This document shows positions 24,491 through 39,561 of a DNA stretch of 64,000 bases, piece by piece (position 1 is the stretch's first letter; each line of letters starts with the position of its first letter). A program made the position numbers and the translations under genes. The notes beneath the pieces were generated by a model. That model searched no databases and was not told the DNA's origin. It was given only the letters and a program-made list of their open reading frames with translations. Source of the stretch: Sphagnum compactum (Eukaryota); NCBI GenBank assembly GCA_965153455.1, contig OZ234493.1, positions 27,518,213 to 27,582,212 of the forward strand, in the 5' to 3' direction.

Positions 24491-27400
24491 ATTGTAGTGC
24501 CTTGGCAGGTTTGGCACATGCCTCCCAAACAATTAATTAATTTTGAATATTCAATTTCACCAAAAAAAAATCCTAAAGATTATTTATATTCCTTCCTAAA
24601 GAGTTGGTCTTTGGAACAAAATATTGATCATGGTCATATAACATTGGGCAGAGCCATTACGCAATGAGCTGCTTGTTTTGTTCGCAACCTACCAGTTAGC
24701 ACTAGGTACCCCCTGGCCTCTCTTAGGTTCAATGATACCATAACCCTTCACTGCATGGATGAACTTTCCAGATCCACTCCCTGCATGGATGAAAAGGGGC
24801 ATCTCAATCCTCACGACAGCCAGTTATGTCCAGTAATTGGCTCAGGCTACATGGTCATTGGAGGTAATCTCATTGCCTCCATAACTCGAGAACAAACCAG
24901 GCAGCGCTTGCCAATTACCTAGTCCATACTTGTTGTTTTCTTTCTTTTTCATGACTGCCCATTTGCCCATCCAAGATGTGTCTAGTGTGCCCACACACAT
25001 CTTGCTGATGCCCCTACACACTTTGGGTGATGTTATGCAAATTTTGGGCTTGTAGTTGCATAACATGAGCCAAATGAGATGTCCAACCTAACATTGGCAT
25101 GATAGCCAACATAAATTTGGCACTTCATGTCAGTTTTGACAACTTTGTACCCTGTAACCCGTGCCTATTATGTCGGATAAGGCACCACATGAGCCCATTA
25201 GGGTTGGCCAGGTGACACACCCAACATAATGGGCAAGTGTGAGACTATTCTATGACTGTAAGGTCTTGGGTGGTAGATTCAACCATTTTTTAAAAAGACC
25301 ATGCTCAACAGACACATTTTGGTCATTAATATGAGTGTACGATTATCATCAGAAGATTACGTCACATAATTTGGTCATGACAATGGCATAATCTGCCACC
25401 CCAGACCTTATTGCCTTTGTTACATACATTTGCTCCATGATTGATCAGTTTGTGGGTGCACATTGCAACCTATCAACCAGTAGGTTCAATTGTTGGCCAT
25501 ATTTATATTGTGCATCTTGAAGAAGCTTGATCCCCATGCAAAGAATGTAGTTCACTACTTTACAAAAACTTGAGCCAAAAAGAACATAGGTGAGAAGAAG
25601 AAGATATTGCATTTGCACCAGTGTTGGGTGCTCCTCGGTTTGGTGAGTCAGAATCATTGCTTCTAGTTAGTAAGAACTAAACTAGAATTGGGTCTCATTT
25701 TCAAAACTGAATCTGGAATGGATTTTATTATTTTGAAGAACTAGACAGGTGTTAGTAAGAACCAGACTCTAATCAAGTCTAATTTTTACAACTAGAATGA
25801 GATTTTAAAAATAAAAACTGGACCTGGAATATTCTAGTTTATTTTCTTCATGAAAATAAAAGAACCAACCAACACTGGTTCCGTCAAAATGTCAGACAAT
25901 TCTCTCTTTTTCAAGCAAAAGAATTGGCCAATAAGGGTCAGGTAAATGCATCCTTATTGGTGATTCTCAAAAAACATGCCCTGATATACATACAATTGTG
26001 ATTCTGAAAAATCAAAGAATTGATTCTCATATATTACTCTACTTCTCAAAAAATCAAAGACTTGTGAAAGAATCATAACATAAAACCATCTATTCTTTGG
26101 AAAATCAAAGGGACCCGTCAAAGAATCTTACATAAAACTGCTGGTTCTTTCATAAAACCATCACTTCTTTGAGGAGTTTGAAAACCCAGAACTAGAGGTT
26201 CTCTGATTTGGAATTTTTTGAAAAAGCTGAAACTGGAGGTGCTATGATTCCAAACATTTTTAAAAACTCCAGAATCACAAATTCTAAAACTGGATCCAAA
26301 GGTTATTAACAAAATTGAAGAACTGCCCAACAATAGTTTGCACTCTTCCAGTGCCCAACTTCACAAGTACTAGTGTGGCTTGTGCCGTTGGCCCAAGTGT
26401 TACCACGTCCTCAACTGATTTTTCCTCCCAAAACCTGGTTTTTTAGAATTTATTTGAATTTTCAGTGGCAGAAATCACTTCAAAATCAATATTTCCCACA
26501 TTCTGAATCCAAATCTTACCAAGTAAATTCCATTAAATCCTGCTCATCAAGATCTTTCCAACAACACCAAAGAAAATTTCCAATTCATCTAGGATTTTCA
26601 GCTACGATTTAATTTAATTTTCAGTGAAGAAATCATTCAATATTCAAGAACTTTTGCACTGCAAGTCCAAATGACATGAACCCAAGCCGATGCACCCCAC
26701 CTCATTGAGAGCTTTCCAAAGAGATCAAGAACGCAATCTGAAGCATCTCAGTTTGGTGGATCTCATAAGTACAAAACAAAACAAACAAACTACGTTCCCT
26801 CATAGATAGATTGCTCTTATTAGCCTCGCTTATTGCCATTTCCTGTGTCCTTTGATGGGCAGGTGAAAATCTGACATCTTTTCATTTTCATCACTAGTAG
26901 TCTTTACTAATGTTGTGTGAGTATTTGATTTTTCACTAGTCAAGGGTGGTGTGAGTATTTGGTTTAGTTATCAAATAACCAATAATTGTCAAAATCAAAT
27001 CCTCTTGTATTACATAGCCTTGGCCTCTTGAGAATTATTTAACATCAAACATCAGTTGCAAGTATGAATGGAAGTTGGCAAGCACATATGAAAGTGGTAC
27101 AAATAGAGGACACAACAAGTGGGCTCTGCAAGCTCAAATATTGAAATAGTCTCAGAAGGACCTTGTAATCATATGGCCATAAAACATGGACCTATTTTTA
27201 AAAGGATGACCTCAACCTAGTCCAAGTTCCAATTTCATTTTTATTATTTAAGAAGTTTCACAATATAATCCAAAATGTTTCAAAAAGAACTTTTGAACTT
27301 CCAATCTAGATACCTCAAAACCTAACTCAAAACTTGGACTACCCTAAACCTATGAACGTTGTTCAAACCAACAATACTTAAAATAGAAATGTTTCATTGA

Positions 27401-30400
27401 AATTTGCTCAAAATTGAACTTGCAATTCACAATAACAACTTGTTGAAAAAATTTCAAAATGTTGGAACAAGTAAATTTTGCATCATTCGATAGTATGCAA
27501 TTAGGGCACAAAATTTATAAACAACAAAGATTTGTTTGGAGGATGACATATATTACAATGTCCATTCAAAAAAGAAATCTATGCATTGGTAACTCATGGA
27601 AATGTGTTGTGTCACTATTTAAAAGAGAGGTTTTGCAAAAACATATCCCTTAATAATTGGTCAAAATGAACAAGCATCTAGTGGCAGACGTAAGATGATA
27701 AAAAACCCTATGAACTTTGCAAGTGTCAATGTTTGACATAAAATATGTCTAAACAACCTCCCATATTTTATGTGTTCCTTTCAAATCATTGAGTTCTCAA
27801 CATGTTCTCCAAATTCTCAATGTATTCCCAAACATGCTCCCAATAGCTCCATTTTATCCAATATTATTGATCTAAGTCTTAATCTTGAAAATCTATATAT
27901 CCTACCTAAAGGAAGGGATTACAAATATGTATATTGGGATTGTCAAAAGCTTGAATTTTTCTTTTTGCTGACCCAATAAAAAATGCCCATCACTAAAAGA
28001 ATATTAATAATATTTTTAAAGTTCTTACAAATTATTAATGAATCACAATATACTACCATGTTAAGGTACCTTAATAAAGTTTTTGATCATGATCAATTGC
28101 ATGGTCATTATGATTTATAACTCGGTCATGGATAAACCTCAACTTAGTTAATAGATGGTTTCATTTTGGTGGCCTAAGAAATAGGTTTTGTATGTAGGAA
28201 GATACCTAAAAAAAAAAAGGTGATTACAAGGTAAATAGATGGTTTATATAGATAACGGTTGTTCAATTACCTATTGACAACTAAGTTGAGGTTGATGTAG
28301 GTAGGTTGCCAATAGATAATAAAAATTGAGCTAACCGCTATGGTTAACTAAGGAATTGGAACCCAATAAATACTTTGTACTTCTTGTACCACTTACCATC
28401 CATGCAATGTTTTGTTTTTTTGAAAAAAGTTCACCAAATTCCAATGTAAAAAATATGATGTCAACCTATACAAAATATTTTCCATGGAAAAAATGGCCCA
28501 AATTCATTAGATTTAAAAAAAAAAGTTTTTAGATCATAAATTTTTAATGATAAGTTCCAATAGGTAATCAAGAATATAGAAGGATCTTGCTTTTTTCTAC
28601 TTTCATACTTAGTCTATAGCCAAATCTGGCTAAATCATCGAAAAGAAAAACCTTGGATCCATCTTACATGGTTTTGATAATGTGAATTTTGATGTTCATA
28701 ATCATTTCCTAACCAAAACGTTTCAAGAAAGTAATGGTGGTTATGTTTCTTAAATCTTTTGGTCAAGGACATTTTTGAAACATATTGGGGGGGGGGGGGG
28801 GGGGGGTGGTTTAAATATAATTTTCAAAGGTATTTTAGATAGTATTTTATTTTATTTTTAATTAAAAATTAATTGATTAAGTATAATTTGGATATGAAGT
28901 TCAAGTTTTTGATTGTTGAAGGGGCCATGAAAATTAGGAACAAAAATTTGTAACGATTTTCAATTATTTTTATTCCAATGAACACTTAAGACCATATACT
29001 CTCACATGGAATGAATAAATATGATTAAAAAATCTACAATATTAAAAAACTTAAAAGAAAAAGCATAGGAATATTATTTGATCAGTTTTAGTTCCTAAAT
29101 CATTCCTTAAGGTGATTTTTTATGCTAACACCTAATTATATTTTCACCCAATATTTCAAAATTTTCATGAACTATTGAAAAAAGAAAGATGTTAAATATC
29201 TTCTATCAAGTTATACTTGAACATCAATGTAATGTTTTCCACAAAGCCACATGATTTTGTCACAAGGTTTCACTAACATCAACATAGATATAGGTTAAAT
29301 AAAACATAAATTAATTTTGTTCAATGCCTAGAAATAGACTAATGGTTTAAAACTTCACTATTTTCTGAAATCCTTTGTGAAAGGTGACGGCTTTGATATT
29401 AGATTGGGAGAATAGAACATGTAGAAGATTACAATCTAGCATAACCATGTAGGGCACAAAAGGACAAACTTGAAGAAAACTCATTAGGGAGTGTTTAGGG
29501 CAGGTTTTTTAATTAGTGTTGGTTATTTGGTGGGTATTTCAATTGTGTGTATATATATATAAGGGTGAAAATTTCAAAGCCTTGTATTTGGTTCATATTC
29601 AAACTAGTTATGTTTGCCCCATACATGTTTAGTAAAACCTTAAATCATACATGCATGTCTACTATCTTAAGGCAATAATAAATTTTTATAACATAAAAGG
29701 CAACAACAATACAAGAAAATAATCAATTAAAAATTAATTTCATTATTATTGTTGTTATTAAATCTTCATCAAAGCCTTATTGAAGTTTTTTACATAAAAA
29801 TCAAAATAATTAAAATTGTTTATATCTCAAAAACAAAATGTATATTAAAATTGACATGTTTTATTTTAATCAATTCTTGCATAATCTTTCAAATCATTTT
29901 TTTAAGAATTTCATTTTAATAAAATTTAAAAGAATTGAAGCTAGTTATTTGTATAATTATCAAAAAAATATCATTTGAAAAATTAGTCATATGATTGTTT
30001 TTACATTTCATAGTGATGAAACCTCGTGATACAAAAAGGCAAGTGACAACCCAAAAAAATAAAATGATATAGAGGCACAATTAAATCAATTACGCAACAT
30101 TCATACTTTGAGAAAAAACCCAACAATAAGATGGGTAGACTTCAAAACAACCCATCAATTGGACAAGTGCACCAAAAATTGGGGCAATAGAAAATTTGGT
30201 GTAAACATTTTAATTTTATCTATAATCATAATATCACATCATAAAAATACAAAATGGGTATTTAACAAAAGTCTTGACTCATACTTTTGATTTGCACCTA
30301 GAAATGAACAACAACAAAATAGGGTTAGGTTTAGTTTTCACTTTTAAAGTTAGGGTTCACATTTCATTTTGCATGGCAAACTTGAAACTTTTTACAAACA

Positions 30401-33400
30401 AATAACTATTTAAAAAGATTTTTTAGATTTTTTTACAAAGATCCTTAAGAAACATGTTTAAAAGTTTCTTTTAAATATAGAGCTAACAACAACTTCTAAA
30501 ACTTTTCTAAGAGAATAATTGGAAGAAGTTTCTAGTTTAGATGTAATTTTTAAAAAACACATAATTGATAAAAACTTCTAAAAGAATCATGATCAATGGA
30601 AATTTCTAGAAGGTTATTTAATATAAACTCATAAAAGGCTTAGTATTTTAAAAGGTTGATGATTTTTTAGAAAGTTCCATTGAATAGCATAAAAAGAGGT
30701 TCAAAAGGCACCACCCTTTAATCTCACCAATGCAAGTTGTGGCCATTGTACTTCTAATTCATTTATGCCTAACTTGCATCATGCCTTGTTTAAGCAATAA
30801 AGTCATTTAATTTTTGCTCATTATGAAGTTTTTAATTTGTTAAATCTCATAGTTCATTCTAAGTTGTCTTTGTTTTATCTTTGACAAAACAACATATTAT
30901 CAAGAATTAATAGTTTTTTTTCAAAAGACCCTTCTTTTGTCATCTTTATTGTCTTCTTGAATGCAATGCAATGGAACATCGCCATAACAGTTGTGTTCAT
31001 GGAAGCAAAGGAATGCCTATTGACAACGTTTGTAGCTTATTACTAAACTTTTCACAAATTTTAGAAAACCATGAAAAAGGTAAGTTTTTTTGAAATTTTT
31101 GTATTCTTATTTATGTTTTTCATTGTTGAGGGTCCAAATTTTTTAAGGTGTACCAAAACCTTGTCACAACATCACCCTTTTCTATCTTTTTTACCTAATC
31201 CTTTTTTATCATGTGAAAACACATTTATGGATGATTATGATGAAATCTAAAATTGTGATGGTTTAAAATATAATCCTTTTGAATTTTTTGACAATTTTTT
31301 ATTCATTATTTTTTATGAGGATCAAAATATACGATAAAAAAGGATTATAGTAAGGACTAGGTCTTTTCATCCTATATGGTACACCTTAAAGGATTTTCAT
31401 CCTTGATTGTTTGTTATTTATTTTTGGAACCAATCATTTTTCCATCGCTTAATTGTTCATTTATTTTAGAAGTGATACTTCCACCATTCTAACGCATGTA
31501 TTTTTTCATTTGTTTTTGGAGGCATTGCCTTTGCCATTGTAACACGCACATTTGTTCATTGGTTTTTAGATGCACTGCCTCTAAAATTGAAATGTGTGTT
31601 TTTTGTTTAGTTTTTATTATTGTTATGAAGTTTGCAATCGCCTTTGGTTGGTGGTGTACTTGGGTATTGTGGTTGTTTAAAACAACAGGTTCGAATTAGT
31701 TGGCAATGACATTGTTGTGAAACATGAGGAATTTTCAAAAGTTTTGTGATGCCATTCATCTACCTCATTATCCAACAAAAGCAAAATGTGCTTTTGACTT
31801 TTCATTAAGAGATTAAATTTTTCAATGTAAAAGTTTTATTTCTAAGAGTTTGTAAATTTGAAAAAACTAGAAATTTCATGGTGATTTGCAACTTCATTAA
31901 ACATTTCGTTCAGGCCATGATTCATTAGGATTCTATGGAATTTGCAAATGTTTGGTAGTTTGGGAAAACTAAAAATTTGATGGTGATTAGTAGCTTCCTA
32001 TAAACAAGTGCATTTAACATCTTTATATGTGAAAATTGGAAACACCATGGTGATCTAAAATTTTGTCCAAGCCTATTTCACCCATGGCACACATTATAAT
32101 AATTGATCACATTTTTAATAAATGTAATTGGTAATGTTGTTGATGTTAAGCCTACTATTTACAATCTACCATGGGGGACAACTTTATGAGGTGATTTGAA
32201 AATGATTTGTTGCATAGCTCTTAAGGTTTAAGAAAAGGAACCATTTTTTAACAAATTGCATAACTTTAATTTGAGATCATTTCACAATTTCAAAAACATG
32301 CAAAAACATTGATTTTTGTTTAACAAAATACTTGACCTTTCATGACCAATTTTGAAGAGTTTTGAAGTTGTTGTGAATTAGTTTTACATTTTTTTAATGA
32401 TCTAGCCTTACTATGCAAATGATTATGGATCCATTCTTTCCACACATTTTTCATTTGTACAATGTTAATGTGCAAAAAATTTTGTAATTTTTTTTTCATT
32501 TGGTTTTCAATTCAAAGAATCAAAGACCTTGAACTAAGATTAGGTATTTGGTAAAAATCGGGTGGTAACCTTAAAGATCCCAAAACTTGGCTTTGAAATT
32601 AAGTATATTTTGGTAGAAAATTGGTTGATAGCCTTAACAAGATATTTGACAAGGTATTTGTCAAAGACCCTTTCCAATACCCACCTTACAAAATAATGAA
32701 ATACACACCCCTTGTACATGCCTTTAAAAACTGATTTTTTAAACACTCACCTCAAGTAGTTCTCTAATTAAAAATAAAAACTCAAGCCTTTGCGGATCTT
32801 TTATTAAAAAAAATCAAAAACCATAACCTACCTTGTATTTTAAAAATCAAACACATGCTTTACATTGGTATTTAGGCCCTAACATTATATTTGCACATAG
32901 TAGTTGTTAATGCAGTTTATACAAAAATATTGTTGCAGGGTGTAATCACAATAACACGTACCATAGAAAGTGTAATGTTTGCTTGTTTTTTTCACGTTTT
33001 AAAGTTGTAATTTAATTTGATGTTGAAATTTTAAGATTTGTTTATATAGTTATATTTTTTATATATCATGGGAACATGAGAATAAATTTGAATTTAATCC
33101 AATGAATAAAAAATTAATAAAAACACTCATATAACACTATAACACTTGTTTTTAAGTAGTAAAAAGACTTGTAAATGGATTTGAAATTTTTTGAAAATGA
33201 CATTTTTTGCCAAATTTTTAACATAAACCTTAATAAAATAGTATGGAAAAAATTTTAAAATTTTTAAAAGATTTTTTCAAAGACTTTCTCAAGAATATTT
33301 CCAAAAAAACAATCACAAAAATAATCAAAAAGTAAGTAGGTGTGGTTCATGTTATCCCATTTGGACCCTATAACTATTTTCTTATAGTCTACCCTTTGCT

Positions 33401-33849
33401 CCATTTTTTCACCTTGTCATTTCATACACATTTTGCATCCATGTTATACATGTTTTGGGCATGTTAAGCATGTTAATGGGTATGTCATGTGCTACCAAGC
33501 ATGTCACATGCCCCCTAATATTTATGACATGGGAAGTTATAGGTGTGAAACATGTTTTCATAGTAATTTTTTGTTTTGGTCAATCATTGCCAAATTTTTA
33601 CTTTTATAGAATGGCAATTATTATAATTCAAAGGGCAAAAAGGGGGAATACTTTTTATTTCATCAAAAAACATTAAAAAGTGATTGTAGATGATTAATTA
33701 CAATGTAGCATGGAATGGCTAGTTGAAACCCTAAACCCTATATGAATGTCACCAAACTATGTGTATGAGAGCCATTGGTGTTACTAAATAGCCACATGTA
33801 GGCCATCCAAGAGTGAAGAGTTGAGGTGCATAAAATCTAACTTTTACTT

Positions 33850-34750
33850 TATGGTGATCAATGTGCATAAATTTGTCCATCTACATTGAATTTAAGCATT
33901 TACCAAGAAGCAATGTGCATCAAGTCTATTTGGGACTCTATGTCAATCAATGTGCATGGAGTTTAAGAATTTAAATCAAGTCTAAAAATCTATCAAGAGT
34001 TTGTGTGTGTCAAGTTTATCTAAGACTATGTGTCGATTTGTGTGCATTGAATTTCACCATCTACAACAAGTTTGAACATCTAATAGAAGTCTATGTGTGT
34101 CAAGTCTATGTAGAATTCTATGTTGATCTATGTGCATTGAATTTGAAAATCTACTTTGAATCTAAGCATCTACCAAGAGTTAGTGTGTGTCAAGTATGTT
34201 AATGTCTTTTTATCAATCAATGTGTGTCATATTTGAACATCTATTATGAATTGATGTGCATCAAGTCTATTTGCAAATTTGTGTCAATTTGTTAATCTTT
34301 GTGTGTTGAGTTTGAGCATCTACTAGGAGTTAGTGCATCAAGTTTAAACGTTTGTTAGGAGTTGATGTGTGTCAAACCTATGTATAGTTCTATGTTGATT
34401 GATGTGCATTGGGTCTAAACATTTACATCAAGTCTAAGCATCTACCATGAGTTTGTGTGTGTCAAGTTTGTTTGTGACTTTGTGTCGATCGGTGCAAGTC
34501 TATCTATGTTGACCTTGTGTGTGTTGAATCTATATGTATAGATTTGTTTACATCTATTTTGTCTATATGAATATGTTTTTGTCAAATTTGTCACTATTAA
34601 TTTGTTTGGGTCACTTAATTAAGGTTAATACATCCAAGTTTGGTAGTCTACATTGTGAATCAAGTCTATGTTGTGAGTTGAATCTATGTGCATTGTGAAT
34701 AAAATTTGTCTAATATGTGTCAAATCTGTTTATATGTGAGTATGTTTGTT
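33850..34750. repeat. Degenerate tandem repeat region (TGTG(C/T)(A/G)TCAAGTCTAT motif), probably transposon subterminal DNA
   Basis: Many imperfect copies of GTGTGTCAAGTCTATG / GTGCATTGAATTT..CATCTAC immediately upstream of a transposase remnant. Confidence 0.6.
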
Positions 34751-35079
34751 TATTATCGTGAATCATCTAGATTTGAAGTTAAGGTTTTGTGACACTCTCC
34801 TATTGAATCGTCTTTCACAATGCCACCAAAACTCCCACAAAGTTATAGATTCAAGTTTTTTTTTTCAAGTAGGAACCTTGCTATGGTGGTTTTCTTGTCA
34901 TACTAAAATCTAATGTAGTTTCGTCATCTCATAGTCCTTTTCCATTTTCCAATTTCAATGTTGTAGATGAAAATACAAAACATGATGCACATGTATATCC
35001 TTGAATGAACCATTTCCCATCCTTCAAGTAGATCGGCCTACTATCCCATCCATGCCAAAAATCAATAAATGGAGTCCTA

Positions 35080-36660
35080 TGATGCCACTAGAAATTTTCA
35101 AGACTCTTGAATTACAAAACTACCATGGGAAAAATTGTGTTTAAAATTAGATGGTACCTTGCATGCTATCAAGTGCAAGATTTATAATAAGGTGGGATGC
35201 TTTTTGTTAGCATGTAGGTCATAAGAAAGTCAAAAAAAATATTGAAATTGATGTGAAGAAAGGAGATTGGTATTATTCTAAAGTTTGTAGGCATGCCAAT
35301 AATTAAAATTGCTTGTTTTTTGTAATTATGAAAATGTTGCTACCCAAGTTGCAAACGGGATGGCAAGAGAAAAAACAAGGAAAGTTGTGCAATTTGCCAT
35401 AATCTTGCATTTGTTGTAGCAAGGATGTCCCATGTTGGCATATGAGGCAACAAAACCTTTGTTTGAGTTCCTAGTGATCCCAAAAAAACATTAAACTTTG
35501 GACCAATAATTATGACTAGACAATGGTAGAATTCATGCATCAAGGGGTTACAAAGTAACCAAGGTAAAAATGGGGGCTACTCATTATTTAATTTTCAATT
35601 GTGATGAAGTTTTTATAGTGGACAACCAACCTTGGTTGTTTATCCATGACCATGTAATGCAAAATTGGGTAAAGATTCAAATTTTCATCTCTTTGGGTCA
35701 GGTGGTTGAAGGATTAAGGAATGATAATCTAACTAAGGTTATTATGGAGGCTTTGATGATATTGTGATTAGACTTTCAATTTCACAATAGACAACTTTTA
35801 GGCTTTCAAATCATTGTTGGAGTTGAAAAATGAAAACATTTAAATGAGATGGGTACCCAATTAAATTTTGAAGTTCAACATTTGACTTTTGAAGTAAATG
35901 GCTAACATATGTAAATAATGCATTGAGATTTGGAGATTGGCTTGCAATCATACATGTTAGAATTTTTTTTTGTTGTTGTCGAATCACTAGTGAAAAATTA
36001 GTGCAAAGGTAATACCTTAAATCTTTTCCATTTTGTCCTTCGTTTCCAATTTTTTTCTAGATCTTTGATTTGTTTTTTACATGTTCATGCAACATGATTT
36101 ATGTGTCGTTTGGCAAGGGTTAAAGAAAACTTTGTTAGGATTTGAAAATTAAGTTTTCAACCCATGGTGTTATGGATGTTCTTGGGATTGTGTATCTCTA
36201 GTATTGTCTATAAATATATAGTGATGCATCTTTTGTGAAACACCTTGAGATTCTTAAAAATAACGTTTTGTTATAACAAAACCCACAAGGTGGATATGAA
36301 AAATGTTATGGTACAAGAGCTATTGAATGCTAGTGATCTTGACTACCAACATAACATGTTTAAGCTCACAATGAAATCGAATGTAAAACATGCATGATTC
36401 CCCCATTTGACATGAATTTTTTAACCAAAATGCAACACCTTGAAACAACATCTCAAATATTACTCTCTAACTTCCCTGAATATATGAAACTGGTTCAATT
36501 GGCCTTGTTGTAAATAATAGGCCATGTGGAAGATGAAAAATATTTTTCAACCCACCTACCAATTGTTGTGTGCATGTTTGCACAACAATTCTATACTTCG
36601 CAAAAAAAATCACATGTGGAATGTATGAAATGATGTAGAGTAGCCCATCACCAATATTGC
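35080..36660 (+). mobile_element. Highly degenerate hAT-superfamily (ZNF862-like) transposase remnant
   Basis: Fragments RNFQDS*ITKLPW (~35090), IFNCDEVFIVDNQPWLFIHDHVMQNWVK (35570 ORF) and EYMKLVQLALL*IIGHVEDEKYFST (~36480, hAT C-terminal dimerisation-like). Many stops and frameshifts. Confidence 0.65.
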
Positions 36661-37499
36661 TATGGTTAGGCTACAATGTGCTTTGTGGAGTTGTTGGCCA
36701 TGTTTTTGCAAAGGCATGATTTTTTTACTTGTGTTTTTCAATCTATTGAATTCAACAGCTGTTTTACAAGCCAATTACTTTTATCTCCATGATATTGGCA
36801 TGTTGTGGCCACTCCCCATAGTCTAGTTGCAATGATTTCTCCTTGCATGAATTTTTTAAATTATAATTGTATGCTAACTTGGTTGGTTTTGGAAGTCACT
36901 TGTGTTGGGAAGGCCAGTCTCAAGGGTTCAATTCCATTGCAAGCGCTTATGTTTTTAGTGTTATTGCAAACTTCATATGTTGTTTGTCTTCTGTTGAAAT
37001 AATTTGCACTCTGCGATAATATGAGTGTGGGAGCAATTAATTCTCTAGGTCACTTTTGTTCCTGTACCTGTTTTTTTAGTGCATTCAAATGATTGTTCAG
37101 TGCCTGAAAATTCTACAGTTTGCTAGATTCTAACAAGAATGTTTCACACATTGCCATAATAACTCCAAATGCTATTTAAAAATAGCCCAAAAACTCTAAG
37201 TTCATTTGAATGAATAGCCAGTTGTTTTGACCTTTAGATTTTGAGGAGGTGCCAAATAATTCATCTTAAGAATTTAAGTGGCAGCCACATTGAAATAAAG
37301 AATGTGCTTCTGAAGCCAGACCGAACTCCTACGCCACCTTGCTTTTAGGGTTTTGACCAGCACCACATGCACTTCAGAGGTTGCCTCCACTGGCTCCTTA
37401 GCAAAAATGAAAAAAAATAGTTTGATTCATTCAATTCTTTTGAGAAAAATTGAATCAGGCAAATGGCAAACTAAGGGAAAACAATTGCAGCAGTACTTT

Positions 37500-37790
37500 T
37501 TTTTTAGGCTTTTCTCTATTGGCGAAATTTCGCCTAAAAGCGAAATTCAAAATTCGAAAATCAAGTGATTTTGGAGTTTTCCAATCGCCAGAATTGAGGG
37601 AAAAAAGTAATAAAAATTTCCAGATTCTTATACTTGGTTTTTAATGTGTAGCAAAAATATAGAAACTTGATTAAGGATTTTTATTTCAAATTTAGTTTAT
37701 AGGCATATTTAGCTAAATCATACTAGAGATGATCGCCATTTTTTCTCCATCTTCCTGTGGATGATAGCCACTTTGGCTACAAATTTGCAA
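37500..37790 (+). repeat. Copy of a second dispersed repeat family
   Basis: GGCGAAATTTCGCC...AATATAGAA...GCTAAATC...GATGATCGCCA...GGCTACA. Related copies at ~20020-20180, ~28430-28640 and ~40560-40770. Confidence 0.65.
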
Positions 37791-38007
37791 ATTCTTAAAT
37801 AAAAGCTCTGGACTGCATTAACAACTAGGGGCAAATTTAATGTTAGGTCTCGCAAGGTACAATCCTTCCATTGTTGTATACTGTACTTACACCTATCTTT
37901 TTCTTTTTAAGTTCTCCTTTACCTCTTAAAGATTATCTTTATTTTGAAATATTTCTTTTTAGGACCACGTGTGATCAGTTACAACACTAGGACTAAATAT
38001 AAACCCC

Positions 38008-38640
38008 GTAAGCTAAGCTTTTCTTTACGTACCTATCTTTTAGGTACCTAGCACCTTCAGGAAACTTGACATTACCTATCTGTTACATACCTAAAGCCAT
38101 TATGAAGCTTGACTTTTCTTTACATGCCTATCTTTTACATACTTAAAGCCATGAGGAAGCTTCACTTTTCTTTGCATACCCGTCTTTAACGCACCGAGAA
38201 AGTTTCGGATGATTGGGTTTTCTTGTCTTACCTATCTTTTACATAACTAAACCCATTAATTAGGAAGCTTGGTTTGCCTTTACATACCTGTCATTTAAGT
38301 ACCTAAACCCATGGGTTTTTTTAACATATCTATCTTTTACGCACCTAAAGTCATTAATTAGGAAGGTTGGCATTTCTTTGCATACCTAGTGCCTTCAGGA
38401 AGGTTGGCATTTCTTTTCAAACCTATCTTTTACGTACCTAAAACCATTAGCAAGCTTGACTTTTGTCTATGTACCTTTCTTTTAGGTACCGAAAGCCATT
38501 ATGAATCTTGACTTTCCTTTTCATACCTAAAGCCACTAGGAAGTTTGGCATTTCTTTACGTACCTATCTTTTAGGTTTCTAAAGCTGCTAGGAAGCTTGG
38601 CTCCTCTTTACGTACCTATCTTTTACGTACCTAGCGGCGT
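38008..38640. repeat. Tandem array of ~50 bp degenerate units directly upstream of the CSP gene
   Basis: About a dozen copies of GGAAGCTTG(A/G)C.TTTCTTTAC(A/G)TACCTATCTTTTAC(A/G)TACCTAAAGCCATTA. Confidence 0.85.
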
Positions 38641-38665
38641 TAGGGCATGGCCGTATTGGGGATCC

Positions 38666-38674
38666 AAACCCTAA
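38666..38674 (+). promoter_or_regulatory. Telo-box AAACCCTAA in the CSP promoter
   Basis: Exact telo-box ~310 bp upstream of the ATG, at the start of a GC-rich leader. Confidence 0.5.
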
Positions 38675-38904
38675 CCCTAGGTTTCGGGCGAATTGAGACG
38701 TCTCGAGCGCTGCCATCGCCGCACGCCGTCCTCTGGTCAGTTCCGACCATCTCGTTTGTCGCGCCACAAGCTCAGCGTGCGAGAACAGGCCTTGCGCTTC
38801 CACCCTCGCTCGCTCGCTGGCTGCCGCTTGCCGTCGTCGTGAATTCCGATACAGAGCGGTGGGCGACGTACGGGGGACGGGTAGCGAGAGAACTCGGAAG
38901 TTGA

Positions 38905-39561
<657 letters not shown>

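Noticed and set aside
30900..32750. Possible Harbinger transposase fossil
   Set aside because: Too degenerate to recover a diagnostic motif by eye.
38008..38640. CRISPR-like array
   Set aside because: Units are contiguous degenerate repeats without unique spacers; eukaryotic context; no cas genes.
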